The notes below the pieces were generated by a model. It searched no databases. It saw nothing but the letters and a program-made list of their open reading frames with translations, and was not told the DNA's origin. Shown piece after piece: positions 1-9,442 of a DNA stretch of 64,000 nt. The stretch covers positions 832,001 through 896,000 of the forward strand of contig OZ251539.1 of the NCBI GenBank assembly GCA_965243135.1, given 5' to 3'. The stretch is from Alphaproteobacteria bacterium. Its GTDB lineage: Bacteria; Pseudomonadota; Alphaproteobacteria; MPNO01; UBA830. The first letter of the stretch is position 1. Every line of letters begins with the position of its first letter. The translations under genes and the position numbers were made by a program.

Positions 1-864
1 ATCGAGATCGATGGCGACGGGCGGATCGAGGCAATCACGGGCGCGGCGGATCTCGGACAGGGCGTGCAAACCGCGATGGCCCAGATCTGCGCATCGGCGC
101 TGGGGGTGGACTACGCGTCGGTTCGCGTGGTCCAGGGCCGCACCGACCGGATCGACGAAGGTTACGGCTCCCATGCGTCGCGCACTACCGTGGTTACCGG
201 AGAAGCCGCGCGGCTGGCGGCCGTCAACCTTTCCGGGAAGCTGGCGAAGGTCGCGGCCGCGCATCTTCAGGCCGAGCCCGGCGCAGTCGAAATAAAGGAC
301 GGCGCGGCGCGGCGCGGCGGCGCGTCGATGACGTTCGCCGAAATCGCGCGCATCGCCGGCGGCAATGTCGCAGCCGAGGGTCGCTGCGACGTGACGCACA
401 TGAATTATCCGTACGGAGTCCACGTGGCGCAGGTATTGGTCGACGCCGATACGGGGCATGTCGCGGTGGAAAAGTTCATGATCGCCTACGATGTCGGGCG
501 CGCCGTCAATCCGATGCTGGTGAAGGGCCAGCTCGCCGGCGGCATGGCGCAGGGCATCGGCGGCGCCCTGTTCGAGGAATTTCTGTACGACGAAGCCGGT
601 CAGCCCCTTTCGTCCACGTTCGCGGATTACGTCATGCCGGGCGCGACGGAAATCCCGACGCCGCGAATTCTGTTGACGGAGGACGCTCCGAGTCCGCTCA
701 ACCCGCTCGGCTTGAAGGGCGCCGGCGAGGGCGGCATCAACGCGGTGGGCGCGGCCGTCGCGTCCGCCATCGACGATGCGACGGGAATTCCGGGCGCGGT
801 AACGGAATTGCCGGTGACGCCGCGCCGCATGCTGGCGTTGCTGCGGCGTCGGAAGGCAGGTTGA
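1..864 (+). CDS. Xanthine dehydrogenase/CoxL-family molybdopterin-binding subunit, C-terminal part (5' end outside window)
   Basis: Frame is open from base 1 (IEIDGDGRIEAITGAADLGQGVQT). Motifs GSHASR, YDVGRAVNP..VKGQLAGGMAQGIG, NPLGLKGAGEGG. Confidence 0.9.
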   Translation: MEIDGDGRIEAITGAADLGQGVQTAMAQICASALGVDYASVRVVQGRTDRIDEGYGSHASRTTVVTGEAARLAAVNLSGKLAKVAAAHLQAEPGAVEIKDGAARRGGASMTFAEIARIAGGNVAAEGRCDVTHMNYPYGVHVAQVLVDADTGHVAVEKFMIAYDVGRAVNPMLVKGQLAGGMAQGIGGALFEEFLYDEAGQPLSSTFADYVMPGATEIPTPRILLTEDAPSPLNPLGLKGAGEGGINAVGAAVASAIDDATGIPGAVTELPVTPRRMLALLRRRKAG

Positions 865-871
865 TCGGCGC

Positions 872-1270
872 TCAGACCACCGCGACCGCCTGGATTTCGA
901 CCATCATGTCCGGCTGGGCGAAGCCTGCGACGGTGATCAATGCGCTGGCCGGATAAGCGCCGTCGGGAAAATATTCCTTGCGGAGTTCGACGAACCGGTC
1001 GCCGTAGCGCGCATCGATGACGAACACGGTCATCTGCACGATGTCGGAGAGCGCGGCGCCGCACTCTTCGAGGCAGGCCTGCATGTTGGCGAACGACTGG
1101 CGCGTTTGCGCCTCGAAATCCCCCGCGAGGCTTTCGCCTTCGGGCGTCCGAGGCGCGCCGTATCCCGCCAGCCAGATGGTTTTCCGATCCGCTCCCTCCG
1201 TTACGACGGCGGGAGAGAACGAGCGGTTTTTCTGCCACGTTCCGTGAATGAATCGACGCTTCATGTGCAC
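872..1270 (-). CDS. RidA/YjgF/UK114 family protein
   Basis: 132 aa; FSPAV, DIVQMTVF, YPASALITV and MVEIQAVAV are typical of Rid proteins. Confidence 0.85.
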   Translation of the reverse strand: MHMKRRFIHGTWQKNRSFSPAVVTEGADRKTIWLAGYGAPRTPEGESLAGDFEAQTRQSFANMQACLEECGAALSDIVQMTVFVIDARYGDRFVELRKEYFPDGAYPASALITVAGFAQPDMMVEIQAVAVV

Positions 1271-1569
1271 TGCTCCCGGTGCCGGCCGTTCATTCGACCC
1301 GCAATTCGTTCAACCTGTCGCGAACGGGTTTTGATTAGCTCTTCGAGAATATACTTCACGTTCGCCGGTCCGTCCGCTCTTCTGCGTTCGACGATTTCGT
1401 CGCAGTCGGTCTCCAGGAGTTCGCAATGCTCGCGTTCCGTCATGGCTTCCTGCATCCTGTTCTTGAATCCGGTTCGAATCGCTTCCCTGTCGCGTTGATT
1501 GAACTCGCAAAAATCGCTCGACATTTCGTATTGGAGATTCTGCGCGTTGCGCTCGATAAAGTCGTGCAT
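1261..1569 (-). CDS. Hypothetical protein, possibly a gene remnant
   Basis: 102-aa helical, charged ORF with lower GC, just downstream of an IS remnant. No family recognised. Confidence 0.35.
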   Translation of the reverse strand: MHDFIERNAQNLQYEMSSDFCEFNQRDREAIRTGFKNRMQEAMTEREHCELLETDCDEIVERRRADGPANVKYILEELIKTRSRQVERIAGRMNGRHREQCT

Positions 1570-1624
1570 AGCTCGACTTTCGACGACGTCCTTCTCGGTG
1601 TAAGCGACCGTCCTTTATCGCTTC

Positions 1625-1828
1625 TCGCGGAAATAAATTGCATATTTTGGCGAGAGGCGATAGTCCCCGTGAAAATTGTCTCCCTTGAGAGAGGGCGGTC
1701 ATCTGACGGTCCGTCGCCGGCTGTCAGGTTGGGTAGCTGTTTTCGTCGAGTTCCAACCGGAGCGTCAAACCGCTCTTCGTCGTTGCCGGGAGGTTGACGA
1801 CCGCCCCGGCACCTTGACTCGCCGGCCA
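1625..1828 (-). mobile_element. Degenerate ISAzo13-family transposase 3' remnant (copy 1)
   Basis: Translates to VVNLPATTKSGLTLRLELDENSYPT*...LKGDNFHG, matching the ISAzo13 transposase C-terminus. Contains a stop and a frameshift. Boundaries approximate. Confidence 0.75.
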
Positions 1829-1997
1829 ACCCATCCCCATACTGCCTTGGCGACGGAGACTCCCGGCCGTCGGTGTTGCGCTTCGGAGTTGACAGGAGGT
1901 GTTGCCGGGCAGGCGGAATTCGGCGTGGCGCAACCCATCGACTTGCGCCGCGCCGTCGGCGTTGCTACCGATCGACAGCCTGAGAGGAGAGCGGCAA

Positions 1998-2417
1998 ATG
2001 GGCGAGATAGTCGCTTCCATGGAACTGGAGAACGCCGTCGACCGCGACAACGCCAGCGAGGGCTTGCGCGACGAATCCGCGGTTCGCCGCACGACGGTGG
2101 AAGGCGTGGTGGACACCGGCGCGGTCATGCTCGTGTTGCCGGAGAACGTGGTCAGCCGCCTGGGCTTGAGGAGGCAGCGCGAGGTCGTCGTGACCTACGC
2201 GGACGAACGCAAGGAGACCCGCCCGGTCGCGGGGCCGGTGACGGTCCACATCGGCAACCGCTTCATGATCGCGGAATGCGTAGTCGGTCCGCCCTTGAGC
2301 GAACCGTTGATCGGCCAGATCGTTCTGGAAGCGCTGGACCTGGTGGCCGATTGCGCCAACCGCACGGTTGGGCCGCGCCCGGAGTCGCCGGACAGTCCCT
2401 TGCTGAAGTTGAAGTGA
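1998..2417 (+). CDS. Clan AA (retropepsin-like) aspartic protease
   Basis: GAGGAG RBS then ATG at 1998. Catalytic VVDTGAVMLVLP and C-terminal PLIGQIVLEALDL motifs. Confidence 0.88.
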   Translation: MGEIVASMELENAVDRDNASEGLRDESAVRRTTVEGVVDTGAVMLVLPENVVSRLGLRRQREVVVTYADERKETRPVAGPVTVHIGNRFMIAECVVGPPLSEPLIGQIVLEALDLVADCANRTVGPRPESPDSPLLKLK

Positions 2418-2451
2418 CCCTCGCCCGTCGAGGCTTTGCCCACGCGTCCGT

Positions 2452-2682
2452 AACGCCCTCCGGCACGAGCAAGTGGAACAAGGCAGGTTTTGCCATCTGG
2501 AATTGACGCTGTCGCCCGCTGGCAAGTCGCGAGGCGATCAAGAACCTCCCATACGACGACGAAAAGCGGCCTGACCCTCCGGCTCGAGTTGGACGAAAAC
2601 AGTTACCTGATCGGACAACCGGTGAAGGAGATGGCGGCCTTGTCTCTCAAGAGAGACGATTTTCACGGGGAATCGCTTCTCG
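2452..2682 (+). mobile_element. Degenerate ISAzo13-family transposase 3' remnant (copy 2)
   Basis: PSGTSKWNK...TTTKSGLTLRLELDENSY...EMAALSLKRDDFHGE, with frameshifts and a stop. Homologous to copy 1 in inverted orientation. Confidence 0.8.
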
Positions 2683-2879
2683 GAGTTGATAGCGGGTTTC
2701 TTTTTCCAGAAACTCGTCGAGGTTGGGGATATTCCGTGCGCTTTCCGCGATTATCCGCTCAAGTTCGTTTCCCGCGGAAATCACGGAGGACTGTATCTTG
2801 CTTGCCGTTGCGCATGCCGAACAACCGTTCGTATGCCTCTGAATTGTTTTTCGTCCTCGCGTTTCCGAGCAGCGCCGTG

Positions 2880-3656
2880 TCAGCCGTTAAGATCGCAGCC
2901 GAGAAACGTGCGTTCGACGTTGTTCGCGGCTTCCATCACGGAGAACGATCCGGCGGCAGGGTCGATTACGTAGTCTCCCTCGTTGGTCACCGCCTCGATG
3001 AGTCTGCTCTGCAGCTCCAAAGGCTTCCGGTGAGGGTGATCGCGGCCAGGCACGCGCTCGGACCAGGTGTCCGGTATGTTGTGAATCTTCCACACGCCTT
3101 TGGCCTTGCGCGGAGCCTTTTGCAGGACGACGCAATACTCGGTGACACGGCGGGTGCGGTAGCCCATTCCGAATTTTTCCTTGTTCCAGTTCACGAGATC
3201 GACGGTTTCGAGATCCGTGTCCTCGATCCAGGCTCCGAAACCCTGGCACAGATGAAACTTGTCCATCCACAGAAAAAGGTGCCCGGAAGGGATCAGCACG
3301 CGATCGATGTCCTTGACGAAATTCGCGATAAGCCGTTCCGGCATCTGCTGCAGGGCGCTTCGTTCCTTGGTGCGGGACTTTCCTTCGTTGCCGTACTGCA
3401 ATTTATCGAGCACGCCGCGGTATTGCGGATCGAAGAATGCGACCGGAATCGCTGAACCGGGCAACAGCGAAAGAAACTTCAGGCCGTCCATCTTGATTCG
3501 CGTTCCCGCCTCGAGGGCCTTCGGAAGTTCAATGGCGGGAGCTTTCACCGTCCGGCGTCCCGAATACACGTTGTTGGACGCTGGAAACTCGAAAAGTTCC
3601 GCTGTCGTTTGCCATGCCGTGTTCCCTTTTCGATGATCAGCCGCAGTTTCGACCAT
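2880..3656 (-). CDS. Site-specific amino-DNA methyltransferase (N6A/N4C, beta-type motif order), orphan
   Basis: Motif IV variant FFDPQY precedes HPHRKP and motif I VIDPAAGSFS; ends FLGCDL. Start codon uncertain. Confidence 0.85.
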   Translation of the reverse strand: MVETAADHRKGNTAWQTTAELFEFPASNNVYSGRRTVKAPAIELPKALEAGTRIKMDGLKFLSLLPGSAIPVAFFDPQYRGVLDKLQYGNEGKSRTKERSALQQMPERLIANFVKDIDRVLIPSGHLFLWMDKFHLCQGFGAWIEDTDLETVDLVNWNKEKFGMGYRTRRVTEYCVVLQKAPRKAKGVWKIHNIPDTWSERVPGRDHPHRKPLELQSRLIEAVTNEGDYVIDPAAGSFSVMEAANNVERTFLGCDLNG

Positions 3657-4112
3657 AGCTCGCGCTCGGTGCGAAGCGACCGCGTTCGGGCGAGGCGGGG
3701 CGGAAAAGGACTCCGCCTCGTCGGACGCGGAAGTTCGCCGTCATTGAGTTCGGCGAGTTGTCGAACTCTTCGGCATTCGGCCGCGTTGCCGTTCCATCGC
3801 GTACCGGTGCATTGCCCATCCACGCATTCGGGCAAGTAAGTGCCTCTTGCAGGGAAAAATAAACAATATAAATGACTTAAACTGTCATTTGAATCGGCGT
3901 CCCGGAGGGGGGGGCGTTCCCGCGCCGCCCGGAGCCGGGCGCGCAGTCGAACGGGAACGCTTCGGGGGATGTCGGGCTGCGGCGGAGATCGTCGAGGCGA
4001 TCCGCCGACTCGGCACCGCCGCGAAATTCCTGCCGGGCCGGCGAGGCTCGGCGAACGGGTCTCGCTGAGGCGGAACCGCATGGACCGCGGAATGGACGCC
4101 CGCGGGACGAGG

Positions 4113-4928
4113 TTAGATTTCGAGGATTTCCGCAACTTCGGGCCAGCTTCTCGCGCCGTTCGTCTTCAGGTCCTCTGTCAGCTGCGCGGGCATCCAGCGG
4201 AGAAAGGCGGGCTCGAAGGTCGGCCGTTCCTTGATTCTGGCGAGCCAGCGTTCGACGAGGGGCAGGCGGCCGCCTTCCCACATGCCCTGCATCGAAAGCA
4301 TGTCGAGCCGCGCGACGTAAGGGGTGATCGCGATGTCCGCGAAAGAGAATTCGTCGAGAGCGAGCCAGGAGGTTTGCCGAAGCGCTTCCTCCATCTTCTG
4401 AAGGTAGCGGTCGTAAAGGACGATCTTTTCGCGGCCGCCTGGCGCGTCGAAGCCTTCGCGGACATACGTTTTCTTCTGCTCGTGCCAGTGCGCGGAGACC
4501 GAAAAAGGCGGAGTGGAATCGAGAAATTCGCGGAGGCGCTCGGGACCGAGCCGCTGGATCGTGTGGCGGTGGGAAGCCATGAAGGTCAGCGCGCCGCAGG
4601 CCGGATGCAACTCCTCGTCGACCGCCTTGGTCCAGTATCGGACTTCCGCCCGCATGACCGGGTCGTCCGGCCGGATGCGGTTTTCCGGAAACGCGTCGTC
4701 CAGATATTCGCAGATATTGGTCGATTCGCGGATGACGGCGCCGTCGTGAACCAGAGTGGGCACGACCGCCTTCGGATTGAGCTTCCTGTATTCCGGGTCG
4801 AACTGCTCGCCTGCCAGGATGTCGATGTAGTGGCCCTCCCATGGGAGTTCCTTCTCTTCGAGATAGAAACGAACCTTCGCGGCGCAAACGGACGAGCCGT
4901 GGTGGTAGAGATCGATTTTGTCCGTCAT
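4113..4928 (-). CDS. Glutathione S-transferase family protein
   Basis: SVCAAKVRF, LNPKAVVPTLVHDG, ESTNICEYLD and FSFADI motifs. Confidence 0.9.
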   Translation of the reverse strand: MTDKIDLYHHGSSVCAAKVRFYLEEKELPWEGHYIDILAGEQFDPEYRKLNPKAVVPTLVHDGAVIRESTNICEYLDDAFPENRIRPDDPVMRAEVRYWTKAVDEELHPACGALTFMASHRHTIQRLGPERLREFLDSTPPFSVSAHWHEQKKTYVREGFDAPGGREKIVLYDRYLQKMEEALRQTSWLALDEFSFADIAITPYVARLDMLSMQGMWEGGRLPLVERWLARIKERPTFEPAFLRWMPAQLTEDLKTNGARSWPEVAEILEI

Positions 4929-5034
4929 GGGTTTCTTCCTTCCGTAGTTGCCGTTCCGGCTCCGTCGCTTTCGGACTCCGCGAGGTTCCGCGCGCGGCGG
5001 AACGCCCGCCGCGCCAACGGCTGCCGAGGCGCCG

Positions 5035-5409
5035 TCATTTCTCGAAGTGATCTTTCTGATGGTTCGCGAGGTGCCTGTAGTCGTCTCGAATGGGAGCGAA
5101 CACGTCCAGGTTGAGCGCGGGCTCGTCGCCGAGCGGTTCGGCGTAGTGCTTTACGTCCGGCGGTATGCGGATGAACGTTCCGGGTTCGGCCTCGAACGTC
5201 TCGTCGCCGACATGGAAGCGCACGCGGCCCGACACGATCACCGTAACCTGCTCGAACGGATGGCTGTGCGGATTGGTTTCCATGTCGGGCTGGAGCCAGT
5301 TCATCACCAGCAGCACGTCTTCGCCGCGAAATCCGACGCGCTCGACGCCCTTGCGAACGGTCTCTCGGTCCAGCGCGTTCCAGTTGGCGACGCTCGTCTT
5401 TTCCACCAT
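5035..5409 (-). CDS. Cupin domain protein
   Basis: PHSHPFEQ...GRVRFHVG...IPPDVKH...DVFAPIRDDY. GGAGG RBS before ATG at 5409. Confidence 0.88.
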   Translation of the reverse strand: MVEKTSVANWNALDRETVRKGVERVGFRGEDVLLVMNWLQPDMETNPHSHPFEQVTVIVSGRVRFHVGDETFEAEPGTFIRIPPDVKHYAEPLGDEPALNLDVFAPIRDDYRHLANHQKDHFEK

Positions 5410-5474
5410 CGTACCCTCCAGCGTTTGTTCGTCCGTTCCGCCCGGAAAGCCGCGGACCGGCCGGCGGCCGCGTT

Positions 5475-5723
5475 TCATCGTTCCGGCGGAATGATTTCCT
5501 GCACGCACACGTCGTCGATCAGATGCGCCCGTCTTATGTCCTCAAGATGGGCGCGTTTCTCGCTCGCCGTGAGCGCCGCGCCGATTCCCTGGACCATCGC
5601 CAGCACGACGGAGCGGTCGCTCATCCCCAACCAGAAATCGCGTCTGACCAGCCGATCCGACTCGTCCCGCGCGAACGGGCTGTCGGGATTGGCCCCGAGG
5701 TCGGGTGAATGGAATCTCGCCAT
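5475..5723 (-). CDS. Hypothetical protein (82 aa)
   Basis: AGGAG RBS, normal composition, co-oriented with cupin and GST. No family recognised. Confidence 0.6.
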   Translation of the reverse strand: MARFHSPDLGANPDSPFARDESDRLVRRDFWLGMSDRSVVLAMVQGIGAALTASEKRAHLEDIRRAHLIDDVCVQEIIPPER

Positions 5724-5831
5724 GTGATCTCCTGTCGCTTCCCATGGCGAGTATAGGGATTGTCGGCGCTATGGTCAGCCGGTTAATCTGGCCGCCGGGA
5801 AAAACGGAAAATTCCGGGAAGGTTGGACGAA

Positions 5832-6890
5832 ATGGCGGAGTTCCTGCGCAACGCTTGGTACGCCGCGGCCTGGGATCACGAAGTCGGCGAGAAGCCGCTC
5901 GGACGCACGATTCTGGGCGAGCCGGTCGCGATGTTTCGCGACGCCGCCGGAAAGGTCGTCGCGCTGGAGGACCGCTGTTGCCATCGCGGGCTGCCGCTGT
6001 CCTGCGGGCGCGTGTCGGGCGACGAGATCGAGTGCGGCTACCACGGCCTGGTCTTCGACCGGACCGGCGCCTGCGTTCGCGTCCCCGGACAGGGAAGGGT
6101 GCCGCCCGGAGCCCGCGTGAAAGCGTGGCCCGTGCTCGAGAAGTACCGGTACGTCTGGCTGTGGATGGGCGACCCCGCCGCGGCGGACGAAGCCTCGCTG
6201 CCGGACTGGTGGATGGCGGAACGCAGCGACTGGAGGATGGTGAAGGGCGATCCGCCGTTCCACGTTCCGGGCAACTACGAACTGATCAACGACAACCTGC
6301 TGGATCTGAGCCATGTCGCGTTCGTTCACGCCCGCAACATCGGCACCGGCGCGGTGCCCGATTTTCCGATCGTGACGAGCCGCGGAGAGAACGCGGTTCG
6401 CATGATTCGCTGGATCATGGATTCGCCTCCGGCGCCCCTCTACGCGAGGCTCGGCGGCTTCGAGCGGAACGTCGACCGCTGGCAATTCGCCGAAGGCCGC
6501 GTTCCGGGCTTCAATACCGTGCACGTCGGTTGCCTGCCGACGGGCTGCGGCGCGGCGCCCGGCGACCTTCCCGACGCGATCGAACGGAAACCCGGCGGAC
6601 GCGACGGGCGCGGGTTCGAGTTCTTCAACCTCAACGCCATCACGCCCGAAACGGAGGGTTCCAGCTGGTACTTCTACGCGCACGTCCGCAATTTCGCGCT
6701 CGACGACCCGGAGGTCGAAGAAATGTTCCGGGTCGAGATGCGCGCTGCGTTTCAGGAGGACATGGACGTCATCGGCGCGCAACAGGCGAACGTCGATCCC
6801 GACAGGCCGTGGGTGGACATCCAGGTCGACGGACCGGGCTTGACGCTGCGGCGCATGCTGAGGGAGAGCGTCGCGGCCGAACGCGCGTAA
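5832..6890 (+). CDS. Rieske non-heme iron oxygenase alpha subunit (VanA-like O-demethylase/monooxygenase)
   Basis: LRNAWY; Rieske CCH...CGYHG; mononuclear Fe DNLLDLSHVAFVH...FQED. Confidence 0.92.
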   Translation: MAEFLRNAWYAAAWDHEVGEKPLGRTILGEPVAMFRDAAGKVVALEDRCCHRGLPLSCGRVSGDEIECGYHGLVFDRTGACVRVPGQGRVPPGARVKAWPVLEKYRYVWLWMGDPAAADEASLPDWWMAERSDWRMVKGDPPFHVPGNYELINDNLLDLSHVAFVHARNIGTGAVPDFPIVTSRGENAVRMIRWIMDSPPAPLYARLGGFERNVDRWQFAEGRVPGFNTVHVGCLPTGCGAAPGDLPDAIERKPGGRDGRGFEFFNLNAITPETEGSSWYFYAHVRNFALDDPEVEEMFRVEMRAAFQEDMDVIGAQQANVDPDRPWVDIQVDGPGLTLRRMLRESVAAERA

Positions 6891-6920
6891 AGGCGCCGCC
6901 GGGCGGCCGGCGGCGCCTCG

Positions 6921-7661
6921 TCAGGCGGGAAGCGCGTCGCGGATCGCTTCGCGGCGCACCTCCACGTTCCCGGTTCCGGTCAGCCGCGCCAGATTGACGG
7001 TTTTCGCGGTGTCGGGAGAACCCGAGTAGTGCGCCTGCGCGCCGCCGCCGCCAACGCGCCGGGGCAGGTTCCAGTGACCCAGCGCCACGTAATCCGCGTC
7101 GGCGGCGTCGACCTCGTCGCTGGAAATCAGCCACGAAGGCGCCGGCGTTCCGTCGGGAGGCTTCCTTTCGACGAAATGGCCGTGGGCCGCCGCGACGTGC
7201 CACCGCGTCGCGCGCGGCCGGGGATCCGCCAGCGGGGCCATGTCGTCGTAGCCTCTGTGCGGCCGTCCCCAGACCGTCAGGTCGAAATCCGCGAAACGAA
7301 CCGCCTCCTCGTCCGCTCCCAGCACGTGAACGCCGTCGATGCCCGCCAGGCCGCCGCGGAGCCAGACGGAGCCCGGCATCAGCGGGTCGTGATTTCCCGG
7401 CAACATCACCACCGGGAAGGGCGCGTCGGCGAGAATGCCCGCGGTTCGGCGCAGGAGGTCCATGGGGAGGCGGTTGTGTTCGAACACGTCGCCGCTCAAC
7501 AGGACGAGATCCGCGGCGGCCGCGCGCGCCGTTTTCAGCACGGCGGCGAGGGGCGCGGTCCCGTCGCCTCCCCAGGCTCGGGCCGTATAGGCGTCGTCGA
7601 TATGCAGATCCGAACTGTGGACGATCACGATGTCCGGCGGCGTTCGCGCATTGGTGCTCAT
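6921..7661 (-). CDS. Metallophosphoesterase, SbcD/Mre11-like nuclease domain
   Basis: HSSDLH, GDVFE, PGNHD, AHG, DYVALGHW and YSGSP motifs. Confidence 0.85.
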   Translation of the reverse strand: MSTNARTPPDIVIVHSSDLHIDDAYTARAWGGDGTAPLAAVLKTARAAAADLVLLSGDVFEHNRLPMDLLRRTAGILADAPFPVVMLPGNHDPLMPGSVWLRGGLAGIDGVHVLGADEEAVRFADFDLTVWGRPHRGYDDMAPLADPRPRATRWHVAAAHGHFVERKPPDGTPAPSWLISSDEVDAADADYVALGHWNLPRRVGGGGAQAHYSGSPDTAKTVNLARLTGTGNVEVRREAIRDALPA

Positions 7662-7733
7662 GAGGACGATCGGCGCATGGAAAGCTTTGCATCTATACTC
7701 GTCCGGTCCGCGATATTCAAAGGGAGGCGCGCG

Positions 7734-8557
7734 ATGACGAGCGCCGGAAAACTTCTCGAAGAGCGCTACGGTCGTCCGGCGGACGCGCCGGAAGCGGTTT
7801 CCGAGACCATCTCGGGCATTCTGTCGCGGCGTTGCATCAGGCGCTACGCCGACCGTCCGGTGCCGCTCGCATTGCTCGACACGTTGCTTGCCTGCGCCCA
7901 ATCGGCGCCGTCCAAGTCGGATTTGCAGCAATACTCGATCGTCGTGACCGAAGAGCGCGAGGGGCTTCTGCGCCTCGCTCGACTGTGTCCCGGAAACGGC
8001 CACGTGAAGCGTTCGCGGCGTTCGTCACCTTCTGCGCCGACATCCGCCGCATGCGGCGGATCGCCGAGATGCGGGGCTATCCCTTCGCCGGCGACGGCAT
8101 GGACGGTTTTTTCAATGCGGCGGTGGACGCCGCCGTGGCCATGCAATGCTTCGTCGCCGCCGCGGAATCGGCAGGCCGCGCGCCCATCAGCGAAGTGCGA
8201 AACAGCATCGCGGAGTTTTCGGCTGCGCTGAGCCTGCCGCGAGGCGTCTTTCCGGTGGCCGGCGTAACCCTCGGCTGGCCGGCGTGGGACGGGCGAACGA
8301 GCGCCCGGTTGCCGCCCGAGGTCGTGGTTCATCGGGAACGGTACGACGACGCCGGTCTCGAGGAGGCCGTCGACGCGTACAATGCCCGCCCCCGCGAAGC
8401 CGGTCCCCCGGAGCGTCAGAACCGCGTCGACAGGTACGGCGTCTCGGAGCGTTGCACTTGGTCGGAGAACGCGGCGCGCCAGCTGTCGGTCGCGGAACGT
8501 CCCGAGTTCCTCGGTTTTCTGGTCGGGCACGGCTTCGCCATCGATTCGAACGCCTGA
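7734..8557 (+). pseudogene. NfsA/Frp-family nitroreductase, frameshifted
   Basis: The N-terminus (RRCIRRY, AQSAPSKSDLQQYSIV) and C-terminus (FCADIRR, NAAVDAA, GVFPVAG, RLP..VVH) are in different frames. The shift is near 8005-8025. Confidence 0.8.
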
Positions 8558-8700
8558 CGCGCCCGGCCGCCGGCCGTTTTCGAGTCGGGAACGCCGTTGG
8601 GGAAGATTTCGCGCCGAGAGCCGGGCGAGCGGACGCCCCGTTGGGGCGAACCCGCCCGTTCTTCCGTTCCGTCGTCCTCGCGCCTGCGCGGCGGGCCGGC

Positions 8701-9264
8701 TCAGCGGCGGTAGTTGTACAGCGCGCCGCCGTCGAACATCGTGTTGCCGTTGACCGACTTTTCCGGGATCGGGCGCTGGAGGACATCCCAGTGCTCGACG
8801 ATCTTGCCGTTCTCGAGGCGGAATATGTCGATCACCGCGCCGGATCCCGGAGCCCAGTCGTTGCCCCGGTCCTGCTTGCGGGCGGTGTAATGCGAGTGGA
8901 CGGCCACCAGATCCTTTTCCGCCACGATCCGTTTGACGTCCGCGTGGATTTCCGGGAACTGCTGGAACATGCCGCCGAACAGGCGTTTGAGGCCTTCCCG
9001 GCCGTTCGGTTCGGTCGGATTGTGGGCGATCCAGTCCTCGACCATTATTTCGTCGAGAAGATCCAGTTTTCGCTGGTTGACGACTTCCTGCATGTAGCGA
9101 AGCACGACCGCCCGGTTCCGGTCCTCCACGGTTGTTCCGCCCGTCGTCTGGGCCGTCGTCTGGGCCGTCGTCTGGACGGAGTATCCGGCCAGAACGGCGA
9201 GCGCGACCCCCGCCAGCGCGATTCGAAAGCTTCGTCGATTTCCGGTCTTTGCGTTGCCGCGCAT
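8701..9264 (-). CDS. SnoaL-like/NTF2-fold protein with signal peptide
   Basis: NRAVV..Y, IAHNP...GREG, VAEKDLVAVH and DIFRLENGKIVEHWDV motifs; hydrophobic N-terminus. Confidence 0.88.
   Translation of the reverse strand: MRGNAKTGNRRSFRIALAGVALAVLAGYSVQTTAQTTAQTTGGTTVEDRNRAVVLRYMQEVVNQRKLDLLDEIMVEDWIAHNPTEPNGREGLKRLFGGMFQQFPEIHADVKRIVAEKDLVAVHSHYTARKQDRGNDWAPGSGAVIDIFRLENGKIVEHWDVLQRPIPEKSVNGNTMFDGGALYNYRR
9141..9175. repeat. 12-bp tandem repeat x3 (ccgtcgtctggg), encoding QTTA repeats
   Basis: Seen directly; lies in frame just after the signal peptide of the SnoaL-like gene. Confidence 0.9.
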
Positions 9265-9442
9265 CTGCGCCTCCCTCGTTCCGGTCTGGTCGAGGTTATA
9301 TGAGTAGCGGGCTGGCGGACGTCAAGCTGCCGGTCGTTCGCGTCGGAGAAGAACTCCGGGGAAATCCGGCTTCCTCCGCACCGGTTTCGTCGCGCCGAAA
9401 AACTGTCTAGTCTTGGTGCCGTGGCGGAACCGGGGAGCGCCC

